The notes under the pieces were generated by a model, which was given only the letters and a program-made list of their open reading frames with translations, was not told the DNA's origin and made no database searches. From Heterodontus francisci (taxonomy: Eukaryota): a stretch of 64,000 nt of DNA. Position 1 is the stretch's first letter; the number at the start of each line of letters is the position of its first letter. This document shows positions 61,282 to 64,000 of the stretch, one piece after another. The position numbers and the translations under genes were made by a program. The stretch is from positions 76,569,300 through 76,633,299 of the forward strand of contig NC_090387.1 of the NCBI RefSeq assembly GCF_036365525.1, given 5' to 3'.

Positions 61282-64000
61282 GTAAGGGAGCCATCTCATT
61301 TCATTCATGGTTGGATTTCTAAACTTAATCATCATCAATTGTACCAACACAAAAATGACAAGCTGAAAGGATATTGTGAACTAATCATATTAATCAGAAA
61401 TAATGACTTTAGGATCAAAAAATATGACTCCTTTTTTTAGATGTTTTGTGCAATTTATTTTTGAGCTCATCAAGGTGAAGGATGTTAGTGTTACAATTGG
61501 AACACTTCCATTCTAGTCACTAAGAACTTCCAGATTATGTATAGCACATTAAAAGACCGGGTAAAGTTTCTCCTATTCTCCCCAGAAATTTGGTACAATT
61601 CAGAAAATCCCCTACTGTGCCAGTGTGACATTTTCCCAGTTGTCACGTCCTGGTATGAGATTGTCAGTTAGTTATTATTTAGGCACAGTTTGTGCTGTGG
61701 TACCTCACAACTATGAGGAACTGAAATGAAAGTGCCCGAACCCATTATTTTTAAAATCCTTACAATCAACTGACAGAGAACACTTTCATCCCACCAGTCT
61801 AGGTTTAATTCGAACCCAGGTTCCAGAGGTCAAAGGCCACTGTCTAACCCCTGCATCACTCAGTCACATTTTGTGTCTAGTATAAATTATTTTCTTCTAT
61901 ATTCCATGCTGCATTCAACGATGAGATTAGTTACCCACTCCCAGGCATTTGCAAATACCAGTCAAGGCAGATCTTGAGAATGGCACAAATTGAATAACAT
62001 TATTTTCCCAGCTCCTTAGGGTTAAACCACTTGCCCTCCTCTGTCTGCCTTCTGATTTGAAGGCATATCTGAGATTCAGAACTCTGTGTGGGGAACCTTG
62101 GATCCTGGCTCATGTTTCTTAATATAATGCGGCCAACTTTCATCTTCCTTATGGCCCTAAAAACTGGAGCAAAGGAGAGCTAACTTGGGTGAAAATCAAC
62201 TCTGCACAAGTTTTTCTTCAGGTTTGGAGTGTGTGAAAGAAGTTCCATTTGAAACAGGTATGAGCTTAATTAGCATTTTAAAATGGGGGTGTGAAAGTGC
62301 CCTATTTAATTTTCTTCTTTGATGGTGGACTTGCTGAGCACTGAGTCCAACCCACATCCAAGAAAACCAAGCACACGTCATTCTGTGGGTGAACCTTTCA
62401 GACATATAAAGGGCATGAAATGTTGTTAGACCATTTCTGGGTCATTTGGGGAAATACCTTTTTTTTTCTCTGTTGGGCTCATGAAAGTGCAAGTACCATT
62501 CTGCTACTTCTCTTAATTTAGTTTTTATCCTGCACACTTTTTTTTGAATCAATGAGTTTTCCAATGGGAATCTTCCAGGCAAGCATGTTTGGCAGAAAAT
62601 AAATACCTCTTGAGGGTTGTTGAGCAGGTCAGGCTGCCCAACAGGTGCCTAAATCCATCCCACCAACACCCATATCTGTAGGGAGAGGTGAATTTACTTT
62701 ACTTTGGTAGATATAATGCTGATGGAGGATCCAGTTCCCAAAGAAAACTGTGCCACAGACGATGTCACATCTATATGCTGACAACTGTTACGCTGGATGA
62801 TATGTCATACTTTATGTAGTACTACACGAAAGAATGACTGGCAGTATGATCAAGACTTAGCATTGGCTGCGCCTGCCAAATTGCCAGCAACATTGTTGCA
62901 GGCCATGGTTCACATGATTGGCAAAGACAATGGGAGCCAGTCTTCTTAAGGTCTGGACCTAAAGAGAGGTGGATGCAGAGCTGTGACATCATCCACAAAG
63001 GCAAGCATCTTAAAACTGCCACACACACTGATAATGACAATTAGTTTTGGCTTGAAACTTGGCTGAACCTCTTTGCAGGTCTGCTGCAATGCTGGCTTAT
63101 GGAAATATGATACTATGGAGTGGTACATGAACATCTCATGCAGCACTAAGATAAATTACACAGCTTTCATACCATTGGTTGGGTGTTAGTTTTGCCACCA
63201 TTTGCATGCAGACTCATGCATACCCCTAGGGTTCCAGTTCCCTTAATTTTGCAGAATATTTCTTAATCCCCTCTCCCTTCAGCCTTAGCAAAGATTGTTA
63301 AGGGCCTGAAATGGCTTTTGAGTTATCCAAAGGCTTTCTGAATTTTCTGAACTTTCTGACTCTGTCCTTAATTGTTCTCATCCATTTAAATCTGATTTAC
63401 ACACAAGTTTCCTCTCCCACCATTACTGTCCTTTCTAGACCTGTTTGACTCTGTATCTTTCCCTATAAAGAATTAGGCAAACAAGTTTACAACAGAGCAT
63501 TCAGTGCAATAAAATCTCAGTTCCTTTCAACTTTTTTAAAGACACATTTTTATGTTGCTTGCAAATAAACCAACAACTCACCTTATCTTTTGTTCAATCT
63601 TTAGTCCTTCATCTACTGAATTATTTGTCTTTGTTAACTTTCATTATCTCAACTGAAACTCCTATATTTCCACCAGTAACTGTTGCCTACAAGAAGTTGA
63701 CTTGAAATTTACATTCATCAATTCTTTATCTTTATCAAAACTTAAATTCTGTTATATTAAGAGAGGCTCTCCTATGACTAATCTCATAGTCATATCTCTT
63801 AGGACATCCTTCTCTCCCTTCTTGCCTCCAACTCCTCTCTCTCCTTTGCACCTTTTCTCACCTGTTTTACTTTCAAAGATGCTGCAATGGTTATTTATCT
63901 CTTGAATTTTCCTCTCTTGCCTAAGTTCCAAATAAGTCATCATACACATTGTACTTCCTTCTTGCAACCTCACTTTGTAAAATGAAGACTCATAGCACTG

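Noticed and set aside
57130-63170. Coding-looking minus-strand stretches (57384-57587, 60110-60407, 62946-63146) as a pseudogene or viral relic
   Set aside because: Short, stop-interrupted and without any motif I can identify; would need TBLASTX
61282-64000. Cytoplasmic exon(s) of the IgSF gene, e.g. after tttgcag at ~63078
   Set aside because: Candidates give short uninformative peptides with no supporting motif; the true tail is probably beyond the window

Overview
Eukaryotic, repeat-rich genomic DNA from a cartilaginous fish (shark-like; inferred from HE1/V-SINEs, HER1-type CR1 LINEs and Deu-domain SINEs). There are two spliced + strand genes. (1) A complete 13-exon OGFOD1 (ribosomal uS12 prolyl hydroxylase), ATG 1551 to TGA 42167. 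All introns are GT-AG, phases are consistent, and the CDS is 1620 nt (539 aa). (2) An immunoglobulin-superfamily type I membrane gene (leader 48915, V exon 49281, C1 exon 57755, TM exon 61171; cytoplasmic exons not found in the window). Its V exon has a germline-joined J-like segment (NKp30-like) and is followed by a B7-H6/SIRP-like C1 domain, i.e. a non-rearranging antigen-receptor-like VJ-C1-TM architecture; this is the most interesting item. The rest is mostly transposon-derived: Penelope-like elements with hammerhead ribozyme cores, CR1/HER1 and RTE LINEs, a LINE family with a tRNA-like head and its internally deleted SINE-like derivatives, HE1 SINEs, Deu-SINEs, a decayed two-gene Harbinger transposon, a hAT MITE, a solo LTR and a minisatellite. 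Most short ORFs in the supplied track are repeat-derived or spurious. Exon coordinates were read by hand from splice sites; repeat boundaries are approximate unless a TSD is given; family comparisons are from memory of reference sequences, not database searches.
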